Source: Octopus sinensis (Eukaryota). Taken from it: a DNA stretch of 64,000 nucleotides. Position numbers and translations under genes: made by a program. Location: assembly GCF_006345805.1 (NCBI RefSeq), contig NC_042999.1, positions 10,478,001-10,542,000 on the forward strand. The letters run 5' to 3'. The notes below the pieces were generated by a model that had not been told where the DNA came from, made no database searches, and saw only the letters and a list, made by a program, of their open reading frames with translations. Below, piece after piece: positions 10,806 through 24,044 of this stretch; the first letter of the stretch is position 1, and each line of letters opens with the position of its first letter.

Positions 10806-13800
10806 AACTTCAATGGACATGTTGGACAACTTACAGGGGGCTTCCATGGCGTACATGGAGGCTACGGCTATGGTTCTTGTAATGAGGAGGGAACCAGGCT
10901 GCTGGAGTTCTGCGATGCAAATGATTTTATGGTTTGCAATACTAACTTCAGAAACCTGCCAGGCACCTCGTCACCTACCAATCTGGCAGACACACTAGCC
11001 AAATTGACTACATCCTCACCAGAAAAAGGGAAAGATGGCTGCTTATAAATGCCAAAACCTTCCCAGGTGAAGAATGTACCCCACAACATAGACTGGTGGC
11101 TTGTGACTTCAGGATCAGGGAAAAGTGGATGCCCAGAAGACGACCAGCATGGAGGAGAAGGGTCTGGAAGCTTAAAGATCCTGTGAATGGACAAAGATTT
11201 AGAGACATATTACTCAAAGCCTTTGACGAAATAGAAGGGGATATAGCTTCACATGATGTAGAAGACAACTGGAGGTTTCTACGGGACAACCTGCTGAGGG
11301 CCACTGACCAGATCTGTGGATGGTGCAAAGTCCCCTCTCGACCCAAAATAACGTGGTGGTGAATCAGTGTTTTTGATAGAGCTATTAGAGAAAAGAAACA
11401 GGCTTGGAAGGACTGGAAGAACGGTGGTAGCTGGGAATTATATCAGACTGCCAGAAGAGAAGATGGGAGACAGGTTTATTTAGCCAGAGGGGAAGCAGAT
11501 AAGAAAAAATTTGCCAATGTTCTGTGCCGTGAGGATGAAAGACTTGAGGTATTTCTTGTTGCAAGACAGTGTGTGAGAGAGAATCATGATGTTGTAGGAG
11601 AGAAATGTGTCCGCATGGATGATGGTTCTCTTGCACTAAACGAGGTTGCAAAGAGAGAGACTTGGAGACACCAACCACTATGAATGGTTGCTGAATAAAG
11701 AAAATGAATGGGAGAAAGAGAGTCTGCTGATTGTCAACCCAATAGAGGGACCAGCAATTTAAGTTGACAGTAGCTTGGTAGATAAAGCAATTAAGAGTAT
11801 GAAGACAGGGAAAGCCCCCAGCCCATCAGGAATTACTGCAGAGATGCTCAAAATATCTGGCAGTATCGGCTATAGCCTAGTCACCTGCATAGTTAACCAG
11901 GTGATACACGAAGGAGTCATACCCAATGACTGGTGTAGCAGCATAATAGTGAACTGCTACAAAGGTAAAGGTGACGCTTTAGATATAAATAATTACAGAG
12001 GTATCAAGCTGTTGGATCAGGTAATGAAGGTTACGGAGAGGGTCATAGCCCAACTGATTAGGGAGAGAGTCAGTTTAGATGAGATGCAGTTTGGATTTGT
12101 GCCAGGGAAAAGTACCACTGATGCTATATTTCTGGTAAGACAGCTGCAAGAGAAATACCTAGCCAAAGATAAGCCCCTGTACCTGGCTTTTGTTGACATG
12201 GAGAAAGCCTTCGACAGGGTCCCCTAATCCCTTATCTGGTGGTCAATGAAGAAACTTGGGATAGATGAATGGTTAGTGAGAGCTGTGCAAGCCATGTACA
12301 GGGACGCTGTCAGTAAGGTGAGGGTTGGCAGCAAGTACAGTGAAGAATTCAGGGTAGAGGTAGGGGTCCACCAAGGTTCAGTCCTCAGCCCCCTCCTATT
12401 TATCAAAGTCTTCCAGGCAATAACAGAGAAATTCAGGACAGGATGCCCCTGGGAGCTCCTCTATGCTGATGACCTTGCTCTAATTGCTGAGTCACTATCA
12501 GAACTGGAGGAGAAGTTTCAGGTATGGAAGGAAGGTCTAGAATCGAAGGGCCTCAGAATCAATCTAGCCAAAACCAAAGTCCTAATAAGTAGAAAGGCAG
12601 GCAAACCATAAATCCCTTCAGGTAGATGACCCTGCTCGATCTGTAGTAGGGGTGTAGGTAGAAACTCCATAAGATGTACCCTGTGCAAGCTATGGACACA
12701 TAAGAGGTGCCACAATATCAGAGGAAGGCTAACTAGGAAGATTGTTTTTGTATGTGGCAGATGCTCAGGAGCAATAAACACTGAAAATGTGCAGAGACCA
12801 ACGTCTACCATGTTCCAGGGAGAAAAACTAGAAGTAGTTGATAGCTTCCGCTACCTAGGTGACCAAGTCAGTAGCGGGGGCGGGTGTGCTGAAAGTGTAG
12901 CTGCTAGAATAAGAATAACCTGGGCAAAGTTCAGAGAGCTCTTACCTCAGCTGGTGACAAAGGGCCTCTCGCTCAGAGTAAAAGGTAGACTGTATGACGC
13001 ATGTGTACGAACAGCCATGCTACATGTCAGTGAAACATGGGCTGTGACTGCTGAGGACATGTGTAAGCTCACAAGGAATGAAGCCAGTATACTCCAATGG
13101 ATGTGTAATGTCAGTGTGCATACTCGACAGAGTGTAAGTACCTTGAGAGAAAAGTTGGACCTAAGAAGCATCAGATGTCATGTGCAAGAGAGATGACTTT
13201 GCTGGTATGGTCATGTGGCAAGAATGGATGAGGATGGCTGTGTGTAAAAGTGCCACACCCTAGCGGTTGAAGGAACCTGTGGAAGAGATAGACCCAGGAA
13301 GACCTGGGACGAGGTGGTGAAGTAAGACCTTTGAACATTAGTCCTCACCAAGGCAATGACTAGTGACTGAGACCTTTGGAAATATGCTGTGCTTAAGAAG
13401 ACCTGGCAAGCCAAGTGAGACCATAACCTCTTGGCCTATGCCAGGGGTGTAACCAGCCCACTTATGCGTACCTTTCCTTCATTGGACATTAAACTCTGCT
13501 TGCGAAGACCTGTTGAGGCAAGTGAAATCGAAATCGAATTCAAATTTGATGACTGGCATCCGTGCTAGTGGAGCGCTAAGAGAACCATCCGAGCACGATC
13601 GTTGCTGGAGCAGCTGATGGCCTCCATGCCGGTGGCACGTAAAAAGCAACATTCAAGCGTGATCGTTACCAGCATTGCCCTTCTGGCACGTGAAAAACAT
13701 TTGAGTGAGGTCGTTGCTTGTGCCACTGGACTGGCTCCTGTGCAGGTGGCACGTAAAAGCATCCACTACACTCTCAGAGTGGTTGATATTAGGAAGGGCA

Positions 13801-13933
13801 TCCAGCTGTAGAAACTCTGCCAGATCAGATTGGAGCCTGGTGCAGCCATCTGGTTCGCCAGTCCTCAGTCAAACTGTCCAACCCATACTAGCATGGAAAG
13901 CAGACGTTAAACAATGATGATGATGATGATGAT
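10806..13933 (+). mobile_element. RTE-clade LINE relic, ~3.1 kb (APE endonuclease C-term, RT, 3'UTR, (GAT)n tail)
   Basis: FNGHVG...NEEGTRLLEFC (APE), NYRGIKLL, QFGF, FVDMEKAFDRVP, GVHQGSVLSPLLF, LLYADD; interrupted by stops and frameshifts; ends in gatgatgat. Confidence 0.93.
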
Positions 13934-14529
13934 GTATATATACACACACACATACATACATGCAAGGGGATGTTGAAAAGTTCCTGGCTTTAAGGGTAAA
14001 AGAAAATAGAGGAGGATCAGTTAATTATGATTTTATTCAACATATTTCCCCTCTCAGATTCACACACTTATTGCAGCAGCCCTTCAGTTTTTCTAAGCCC
14101 TGTAAAAGAACTCGGAAGGTTAGGCCTCCAACCAGGACTTTCATAAAGCCAAGAACATGTGTTTGTGTGTATATACATATTGGATCTCCCAGAGGCAAAG
14201 TGGCTGAGTTCCTTTCAAGTTTTGGGCCTCACAGAGGCAATGACCAAGATCTTTGGCATTGTGTCATGCTTGAAAAGAAGAGCCATCAAGCCGAGCAAAA
14301 TTGCAGTTATGGCAGACACTGGTGTCATGCAAATGGCACCTGTGCTGGTGGCACATAAAAACACCCATTGCACTCTCGGAGTGTTTGGCGTTGTTAGGAA
14401 GGGCATCCAGCTGTAGAAAACCATGCCAAATCAGACTGGAGTCTGTTGCAGCCCTTCCAGCATACCAACCCTGGTCAAACTGTCCAGCCCATGCCAGCAT
14501 GGACAATGGATATTAAATGATGATGATTG

Positions 14530-14565
<36 letters not shown>

Positions 14566-17175
14566 TAATGTCCCCCTCATCTCAGCATTGCATGATAACT
14601 GTGAATGAGCACCTTCAATAGAAACATGTTTGACTGTGGGTAAATATTACCTTCCTTGAGAACAGTTAAGGGTTGGTGATGGGAAGAGCATCCAGATGTG
14701 GAATATAAACTCTGTCTACTTCGATAAACACCACCTGACTCCTGCAAACATTGAAATGTGGTCGTTAAAATGATGATGATGCTGATGATGATAAAGAAAC
14801 GTATTTCTCTATGAAATTGTCACTGTAATTTTTTTACTTGTAATAATAAATTAAGATTTTATTATAAATCAATTATCAATTATCATATTTGTTACTCATA
14901 ATAATCAATAACTTAATTATTTATTATAAGGAAAGTTAAATCAAGAAAGTCCCAGATTGTTCAAGGCATAAAACAAGGACACAAAGCAAAAATTAGGAAG
15001 AAAAAAACCAAACATTCTTCCGTCTTTTTTGTTTTTTATTTTTTTTGTATTTTATTTTGTCTTTCATGCCAGTATGGGTTCATCATCATTGTCGTTTAAC
15101 GTCCGCTTTACATGCTGGCATGGGTTGGATGGTTTGACAGGGGTCTGGGAAGCCAGGAAGCTGCACCAAGCTCCAATCTGATCTGGCAAAGATCCACAGC
15201 TGGATGCCCTTCCTAATGCCAACCACTCAGCAGAGTGTACAACAAACTCAACATTCGAATCGGTTCTGTTGCAATAATACATTGCAGTTTCCAACCAGGT
15301 TATTGGCCGACTGTGAGCTCTTGAAAGGAGAAAGTCAGTTTGAACAAGAAACAGTTTGTTGTATTTTGTGCATCTTGAAACCACCAGTTCTCCAGTTGTT
15401 TGACCGATCTACTGATTAGTTCCATAGGTCTGACTGCGGAGTTAACAAGTTTCTTTGCCAACCGCATGCTTCCCGGTTCAGTCTGTCTGTAGCAAAGATA
15501 TTCTACCATAGCTGCAGACTGACCAAAGTCTTGTGGGTGGCTTTGGTAGACAGAAACCGAAAGAAGACTGTCTTGTGTGTGTTTCTTGAAATTATGAAAT
15601 AGTGGTAAATAAGCGTCACCATACAAGACATGTTGCTCGTTTCCAGTTTTCTGTGGAAACGTGCCTGGCCATGAAGAAATATAATCTCATTTGGAAACAG
15701 GTTGGGGTTGGCCACAGGAAAGGTCCCAGGTGATAGGAAATGTGTCTCATGAAAAATCTGTCTGACTCATGCAATTAAAGAAACGTAGGCATTAAACCAC
15801 TTGATGGTTCTGTTTATTTCACAGCCCATCTTTTCCTGATGGTTGCTGTGACTGTCACTGGTTCCAGTTGCCAAACAATCTGGGTTCCTTTTATCAGTTT
15901 TTATTTTTGGCGAATTTAGGAAACTTTTTTATAATGACATCAATTCGAATGGTAATTGTAGTAGTTAAGACACCAGTGCTGGTGACACTTAAAAGCACTG
16001 TTCGAGTGTAGCAGTTACTAGCATCGCCTGACTGGCGTCCGTGTTGGTGACACGTAAAAGGCACCAACCGATCGTGGCCGTTTGCCAGCCTGCTCTGGCC
16101 CTGTGCAGGTGGCACGTAAAAAGCACCCACTACACTCACGGAGTGGTTGGCGTTAGGAAGGGCATCCAGCTGTAGAAACACTGCCAGATCAGACTGGAGC
16201 CTGGTGCAGCCTCCATGGCTTACCCGACCCCGGTCGAACCGTCCAACCCATGCTAGCATGGAAAGCGGATGTTAAATGGTGATGATGATGATGATTGAAG
16301 GGGATTGTAATGTCCCTCAATAGACATTTCTGGTCCTTGTATTATTTTTATTGTGGTATAAAGTAGGATTTCTAATACCAGTACAAGCTGTCAGATTTTA
16401 GGGACCAGTGAAGTCAATTATTTGTGGAGATGCATGGCTGAGTGGTTAGAGTGTCAGACATATAGTTGTAAGATTGTGGTTTCAATTCCTGGACTTGATG
16501 TGTTGTGTTCTTGAGCAGAACCCTTCATTTCACATTGCTCTCTAGTCCACTTGACTGGTGAAAATGAGTAAACGTGTGAGGGACTGGCATCCCATCCCGG
16601 GAGGAATATATTTACACCAGAGAAACTGAGGCAACTGACCCTGTCCCAATCCCCCGTGCTCCTTACAGAGTAATGTGCATTAACCAAAGTCAATTACATT
16701 ATTAATTCCATTACATGACTGACACCTCATGTTATTGACCTCGGTGAGATATGAACTCAGAATGGAAAAAACTATAACCAAATACCACAAGGTATTTGCT
16801 TTAATGCTGTAATAATTCTGTCATTCCAATAATGACAGAGTTATGATAATGGTTTCTAATTTAGGCTTTGATCATATCGGGGCTTTGCCACATTAAGACT
16901 AACCCCCAAGACCACATGCTCAGGAAGCAAGCTTCTTAATGGTTTCTAATTTAGGTTCCAGGCCTAAATTAGTTTTGAAGGAAGAACTCATCATTAACAT
17001 TGACCCCAGCACTTGACTGGTACTTTATTTTATCGACCCCCATTCTCCACAGAGAGATGAAGGGCAAAATGTTGGATTTGAACACAGAATATAGAACCAG
17101 AAGAAATGCAACTTTTCTTTGTTCTGCTCTCTAACGATTCTGCTAGCTCACCACCTTAATAATAATAATAATAAT

Positions 17176-17822
17176 GGCTGCCCAGTCCTGGCTAAGAAGG
17201 AATATATTCACAGACACGACAGAGTTGCGACCTATATACACTGGAAGCTATGCCAACATTATGGAATAACAACAGAAAAAAGATGGTATAGGCACACGCC
17301 AGAAAAGGTCACAGAAAACGAGAAAGCAACCATACTCTGGGATATGCCAATACACACAAATAGAGAAATTAAGGCCAACAGACCAGATATAGTTGTCAGA
17401 GATCATGAAGAAAAAAAATTGCTTTCTAATTGATGTATCAATACCAGCAGATGACAACATGTCTCTAAAAGAAATGGAGAAAATTTCAAAATACAAAATC
17501 CTGGAAATAGAGGTAACTAGAATGTGGAATCTGAAAACAGAAACAATTCCTATCATAGTAGGTGCATTAGGCATGATAAAAAATATTCAGACAAATACAT
17601 AACAAAAACACCAGGACTTACAAACACATATAACACAGAAAATTGCACTACTGGGCACTGCACACATCCTTTGCAAAACACTTTCAATACTGTGAAAATA
17701 AGAGCACCACAACAAACCACAGCACATACCCAAGGCACACAGAGCTGCACTCGGTAGTGAAGTGAAAGCACAATATAAAAATAAGATTACTGAATGATGA
17801 TAATAATAATAATAATAATGAT
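17176..17822 (+). mobile_element. R4/Dong-like non-LTR retrotransposon 3' fragment (restriction-like endonuclease) flanked by (AAT)n
   Basis: GCPVLA..EYIHRHD...ILWD...NRPDIVV...LIDV...EK.SKY...PIIVGALG is the RLE signature; frameshifted. Confidence 0.88.
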
Positions 17823-18201
17823 AATTTGTTTTCACCAAACATCAAGATAAAATGCCTGCTAACTGAATTATCGTGTAATAGATAATAATAACAAAAATGA
17901 TAATTATTTCAACTGTAGGTATGTGATTAAAATTTGGTGGAAGGGTTATTAAAATAAAACTATTTGAGACTTTGATCTTTTGATTCATTTGTATGACATA
18001 TCAAACATCATCAGCTGTTAATCACTGACCAGAGTTAATTAGATCAGCCATTAAGTGCAACTGGATCTTGTGGGGTGAGGGAGTGTTTGTGTTGTACAAA
18101 AATATGAGGAAACTATTGGGATTATGAAATATCGATTCTGTTCCCTGACCAATCAATAAAAGGTTCAATATTTATTGATTCAATCTTTTCTTCTTTTGCA
18201 G

Positions 18202-18309
18202 ATCAAAGCGTTTTTGTAAATGGAAAAATTAAAGCTGACACATTACTTTATAAGATTGGTTTACCTGATATTTCATGGAGACACATGCAGCTGCTATGTA
18301 TATACTCAG
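18202..18309 (+). CDS. HPS3: HPS3 coding exon 3 (DQSVFVNGKIKADTLLYKIGLPDISWRHMQLLCIYS)
   Basis: ttttgcag acceptor, G|gtaagt donor, phase 1-1; matches HPS3 LLYRRFAPDIS...LQLLPIY block. Confidence 0.88.
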
Positions 18310-18338
18310 GTAAGTATCAATGATTATGTTGCCAAGGT

Positions 18339-18552
18339 GGTGGTGAGCTGGCAGAAACGTTAGCATGCCAGGTGAAATGCTTAGCAGTATTTCATCTGTC
18401 TTTGTGTTCTGAGTTCAAATTCTGCCGAGGTCGACTTTGCCTTTCATCCTTTCGGTGTCGATAAATTAAGTACCAGTTGCGTGCTGGAATCGATCTAATT
18501 GACTGGCCCCATCCCCCCAAATTTCGGGCCTTGTGCCTAGAGTAGAAAACTA
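18339..18552 (+). mobile_element. Second tRNA-derived SINE family. Copies also ~43459-43685, 57398-57540, 59950-60135 (+) and ~16960-17157, 26625-26830, 43810-43995, 46060-46230 (-)
   Basis: ggtgagctggcagaaacgttagc...gagttcaaattctgccgaggtcgactttgcctttcatcctt recurs on both strands; B-box-like gagttcaaat. Confidence 0.82.
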
Positions 18553-18786
18553 TAATTCTGTTGGTTGGCCACACTCCCGTCTCCCTGATTATCTCCCTTA
18601 GTTTATGAAATCCAAAATCCTGACAGAACAAAACACCAAATAACAAGAACAACAACCTGAAGACATGGCACTGCGGTTCAGAAGCTTTCTTCCTGACCGT
18701 GTGGTCTTGGGATCAATCCTGCTGCATGGCATTTCGTGCCTGATATGATCAAAGCCTTGTCAGTGATTTTGGTCTTATATAAAAAG

Positions 18787-19025
18787 TGGAGGTTATGTGG
18801 CTTGGTGGTTAGGAGTGTTGGACTCATGATCGTAAGATTGTGGTTTCAATTCCTGGACGGTGTGACATGTTGTGTCCTTGAGCAAAACACTTCATTTCAC
18901 GTTGCTCCTGTCCACTCAGCTGGCAAAAATGAGTAACACTGCGATGGACCTGTGTCGCATCCAGGTGGGGAAGATATATGCCATGAAAACAAGGAAACTG
19001 GCCCTTATGAGCTCGAGAAGGAAAC
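18787..19025 (+). mobile_element. Third tRNA/CORE SINE family (also ~16425-16650, 32493-32800)
   Basis: tRNA-like head gtggcttggtggttagg...ggtttcaattcctgg, then CORE gttgtgtccttgagcaaaacactt. Confidence 0.75.
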
Positions 19026-19674
19026 ATTTTCTTTTTAATATAGATATAAAAGTAGATACACTGATAACAAGGAAAACAAAGAATTTGAGCATTCATTTAT
19101 TTCCTTCTTTAGAAGTATGTGTGTGTGTGTGTGCAGCCTGCACAGTCTCTCTCCTGCACAAATTCATGTACTTCCTCCTCAACCATTCTCATCGTAAAAG
19201 ACCCACTTACACCTCTTCTAATCTTCATAAACCCATTCTGTATACGCCTAATTTTAGGAATGTACAGAAAGCTCTTGCATCTTTCCTAATGGGATGCCTG
19301 CTAATAAATTCGATACTGAATTGGCTAATGAGGACACATTCAAACATTTAGTCAGTTGGAGTGTGCCTGGACCCAGCGCCTGAAACCCTAAATCCAGCAC
19401 CTCTTCATGGATGAGTAGGAATGCTACGCAAAGGCAGGTAATCTGGTTCCATCCGTCTGCTTCCCTCAGTTTTCAAATCCAGAGAATTACAGCCATTTCA
19501 CAACCATCTTCATGTAGCATTTATTTCAGTTCACAAAGAATTCTGCATCCCCTTCTAATGTAAAGTCTTTCTATAATGTAAAGTCTTTCTAATGTAAAGT
19601 CTTTCTATAATGAACTGTAAGAATTATCTTTCCAATGCTAGTTTTTCTTTTTCTTTTTCTTTTTCTCCCCCCAG

Positions 19675-19856
19675 CATCAGGACAAGGAACACCAAGTCAG
19701 TGTGACTCAGATTTCCCCCTACAATCCATTAAATGTGACCCCAAAATGGAAATGTTCTGTTACCTTGGTAATTCCCACGAAGGTCAGCTTTATTCTTTGT
19801 CTCCACCCGCAGTTCAGATGCTTTCCTCCTACAAATATTCTTCTCCTGCCCTTCAG
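19675..19856 (+). CDS. HPS3: HPS3 coding exon 4 (ASGQGTP...MFCYLGNSHEGQLYSL...YKYSSPALQ)
   Basis: Long pyrimidine tract + ccag; CAG|gtaagc donor; phase 1-0. Confidence 0.9.
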
Positions 19857-20236
19857 GTAAGCCAGAATTTCTTTGCATTTCAAACTTGGTTTTAACAATT
19901 TCTTTTGGCTGCGTGGTTAGGAAGCTCACTTCCAAATCATGTGGCTTGGGTTCAGTTCCACTGCACAACATCTTGGACAAATGTCTTCTGTCCTGAGCAT
20001 CATTATCATCATCATCATCCTTTAATGTCTCTTTTCCATGCTGGCATGGGTTGGATAGTTTGACAGGAGGTGATAAGCTGGAGGGCTGCATCGATGCTCT
20101 TCCTAATGCCAACCACTTTACAGGGTGGACTGGGTACTTTGAACATGGTGCTGGCTCTGCTGCTTTATATGTGGTGCTGGTACCATGTTTTTTTTATTTA
20201 CATGGCTTTAGCATGGGTACTATTTTTTATGTGGCA

Positions 20237-20273
<37 letters not shown>

Positions 20274-20348
20274 ATAATATTAGGGAGTATAACTCCAGAC
20301 TTACAGGGAAAAATTCAGTTTAGTATTAAATCAAATTTCACAATATAA

Positions 20349-20665
20349 ATATATAAAATATAAATTAGAGATAAAACCACTATTATGCAACTCAAACAGT
20401 GATAGACATAAACCAACACATAAATAACAAATAATATATATTTTTATAAAACATATAACTTATAACTAGATTTCAAAAGGTATAAAATGAATTCTTTCAC
20501 TTATTATATTATATATTGATCATTCATTTTATACCTTTTGAAATCTAGTTATAAGTTATATGTTTTATAAAAATATATATTATTTGTTATTTATGTATTG
20601 GTTTATGTCTATCACTGTTTGAGTTGCATAATAGTGGTTGTATCTCTAATTTATATTTTATATAT
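20349..20665. repeat. Near-perfect inverted repeat, 144-bp arms, 29-nt loop
   Basis: 20349-20492 versus 20522-20665; two mismatches by eye. Confidence 0.92.
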
Positions 20666-22309
20666 ATATATATTTTATATATATTTTCACACTGAGAGTT
20701 GCTGAAGTATGGAACAAACTGCTGGCATCAGTTGTTAGTTGTCGGAGCACTGCATCCTTCAAAACTTCCATGCTTCCTGAGATTCACCAACACTACACCT
20801 GATCTTTCTCCTCTCCATACACACGCAAGCATGGATCTGACTCATACACTGTTCTTTTTCCAGACATTTGTACATTACTGCATATGCTTTATACGCACTT
20901 TTGACAAGTTGTGGTGCACCTGAGCACTGCATACAATAATTTCATTATTATATTTTATAAACTTTGTGTGCATGCATAGCCTTGTCTTCTTCATATCATG
21001 TGATGGTTGTAAACAAGCATCAAACCAGCATCCAAGTAATGTTGCTCATTTCCAGTTTTCCGTGGAAAACATGTGATTCCACGAGGAAATATTGCCTTGA
21101 TTGGAAATATTGCATTTCTTGGTTGAAGGCTGGAGACAAGAAGAGCATCCTGCTGTAGAAATTCTTCAATGAATTCCATCCAGTCTATGCAATCATGGAA
21201 AAGTGAACCTTAAAATTATTGTGAAAAATGCAATGTCACTTTCTCATGGTTTGGAAAGATCCAAGAATTGATATTCACCTGGAATCTCTAACAAGAGTTT
21301 AACGGTTTTCTTTCTAAGCAGACTAGAATCAATGAAAATAACCTATCTCCGTGTAATCTTGTGTGTTTTCACATTTTCTCAGTTCTCAATCTGCAGACAT
21401 AGATTAGAAAGAGTTAACTAATCTAGATAATCCACATAGGTGCTGGCTTGGCTGTGTGGTTAAGAAGCTCTCTTTGTAATCAAATGGTTTTGGGTTCGGT
21501 CCCACTGTGTGACGCCTTCCACACGGGATTGAAAAATACAAACTAATTCAGTTGACTTCATCTCTAGAAAATGATACAGTTAAATATTTTTAACCCTTTT
21601 CATACCAACACCTTGTTCTGTTTACAGATGACCCCTTGTTCACAGCATCTGCTGTCAGCTGTATGGTCGTGCTAGCTACGACACTTGCTGCTAAGATAGA
21701 AACTTTCTATTTTAGAATAATCTAAAAACTTTCCTTTAAAATTTGATGTTAATTTTTGTTCCAAACACCAACTTAATTAATACTGACGAAGTTGTTTCAT
21801 TAAATTCTTCATTATTTTCGAAATTATTTGAAAGAAAGGCTGTATATTTCCCCAGAAATTCTATATCCCTGGGCTGACTAAAGGCTTTGTTAGGGAATCT
21901 GTTAGACAGAAGCCCATTGTAAACATGTGTGTGTGTTTGTCCCTGCACTGCTTGACAACTGGCGTTGGTTTGTTTGCATCCCTATAACTTAGCAGTTTGG
22001 CAAAAGTGGCTGACAAAGTAAATAGCAGGCTTTGAAAAAGAAAAAGAAAAAAAAAAAGAAGAAATACATACTGGGGTGGATTTGTGAGACTAAATCCCCG
22101 TTCAATGCAGTGCTCCAGCTTGGCTGCAGTCCAGCAACTGAAACAAATACAAGATGAGAGATATGGCTTACAAGTATTAAATCTCATCCAACAAATAACA
22201 AACCTTTGGATATTTCACAAGAATTCTTTAAACTCGTTATTGTGTCCATAATGTTATAATTAAATAATGGAATTAAGAGGAGATTCTTATTTTGTTTTCT
22301 GTTTGACAG

Positions 22310-22426
22310 GCAGTCACTAGTCCGACCATGTTGTTTGTTGTCACAGACACAGGAGTAGAGACGTACACTTCTCGAGGAGCAGCCTTTTCCCTCTACCGAA
22401 GAAACCACTACGATAATATTCAGAAG
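22310..22426 (+). CDS. HPS3: HPS3 coding exon 5 (AVTSPTMLFVVTDTGVETYTSRGAAFSLYRRNHYDNIQK)
   Basis: gacag acceptor, AAG|gtaatt donor, phase 0-0; matches [22 protein letters not shown] block. Confidence 0.9.
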
Positions 22427-22617
22427 GTAATTTAGCAAGTGCCCCACTCGGCTGCTTTGTTCCTTTATTCCAGGGGTTTGCTTTCTGTCTGTTTCAATCA
22501 AATTATTTTCTCATTTGTTCTTCTGAATCTCTCTAATTTAATTGCAAAATAATTTTGACCTTCATAAATGTCCACATTAATGTGCAAAAAACACTGATAT
22601 TATTTATCCTTTGAGAC

Positions 22618-23078
22618 CAGTAAAGCACCAACCGATCGTGGCCGTCGCCAGCCTTCCCTGGCACGTAAAAAGCACCAACCGATCGTGGCCGTCGCCAGCC
22701 TTCCCTGGCACCTGTGCCGGTGGCACGTAAAAAGCACCAACCGATCGTGGCCGTTGCCAGCCTCCCCTAGCACCTGTGCCGGTGGCACGTAAAAAGCACC
22801 CACCGATCATGGCCGTTCCCAGCCTCCCCTGGCATCTGTGCCGGTGGCACGTAAAAAGCACCAACCGATCGTGGCCGTTGCCAGCCTCCCTTGGCACCTG
22901 TGCCGGTGGCATGTAAAAAGCACCCACTACACTCTTGGAGTGGTTGGCATTAGGAAGGGCATCAAGCTGTAGAAACCATGCCAAGAGTGGCACTGGAGCT
23001 TGACACAGTCCTGCAGCTCAAAGACCCTGTCAAACCATCCAACCCATGCCAGCATGGAAATGATGACGACGACTACGA
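22618..23078 (+). mobile_element. RTE 3'UTR copy with five tandem units (four of 62 bp, one deleted 47-bp variant)
   Basis: gatc(g/a)tggcc recurs at 22634, 22681, 22743, 22805, 22867, followed by the standard RTE tail. Confidence 0.85.
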
Positions 23079-24044
23079 TGGTGCATCTGGCCCCTGATCA
23101 TTGTCTTATCTATCTCTCCCCTTCACAACTCTACCTACCCATATATAATGTGGGGTAGCACTGCATCTCCTACTTAACCCCTCTCTCTCACTAATCGCCT
23201 GGCACTACCCCTCCTTTCCCTTCCTATTGCCCTCTTCCATCTTGCCCTTTCACATACTTTAGTCCCCACCCCATATATAACCCTCCCCACTGTCTTGTTC
23301 CTCTCTGACCCTCACTAATATTATTTTTCCCTTTCTTCTCCATTCCCCACTCCCCTCAAAATGTCCCGACCCTTTCTCAACAAACTGTCTTTAACCCTAA
23401 CAAATGGATCACCCATACTGACATAGCAAACAGACTGGTCTGTCCCATCGCTGGGTCCAGTTACTCACCCCATTATTAGGACCACATTGTCTCTACCCTA
23501 TCTCCTTACCCTCACCCCTAACATTGCTCTTCCTTTCCCCCTCCTCTATCTCCTGCTCCCATCTCAACACTCTCCCCTTTGTTACTCTCCCCATTACCCT
23601 CCCCTCACAATAAACCTGTTCCTTTCCATCATGAGCTGCTCTCATTCACTTTTAGCTCATGGACACCTTTACGGACCACCAGGGGTCCACGGACCACAGG
23701 TTGGGAACCACTGGGCTAAAAAGTATTACAGAAGGGACCAGAGCAAAGAAAGGCTTCTTGCTGTTTCTTGCTACACACATTATAGAAGGGGTGGGATTCA
23801 CCTTGGTGGAGCTGAAAAGAGAAATAGAATAAGGGTTTCAGAGTGGCCCCTTCATCAACCATGATACCTACCAACTGTTCATGCACAACCTCATCTGTTT
23901 TGGCTAAATATTGAACTGTATACATTGCAGTCATTTCCAAATAGCGTATTATGCTACTTAATTATGTGTATGTATATATATATGTGTTTATATGTATATG
24001 TGTTATATATATTTTTGTATGTGTAACGTAATAGTTTAGAAAAA

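Noticed and set aside
15825-15897. Possible extra exon after tttcacag in intron 2
   Set aside because: No convincing donor or HPS3 similarity; exons 2 and 3 already join in frame.
22681-22760. Resemblance of ggccg..ccagcctcccctggc to the HDV ribozyme P3/L3 region
   Set aside because: No P1 partner strand or nested pseudoknot can be built; a simple gccag/ctggc hairpin explains the match.
22625-22925. CRISPR-like periodic repeats
   Set aside because: No unique spacers, no cas genes, eukaryotic context; these are tandem units of the RTE 3'UTR.
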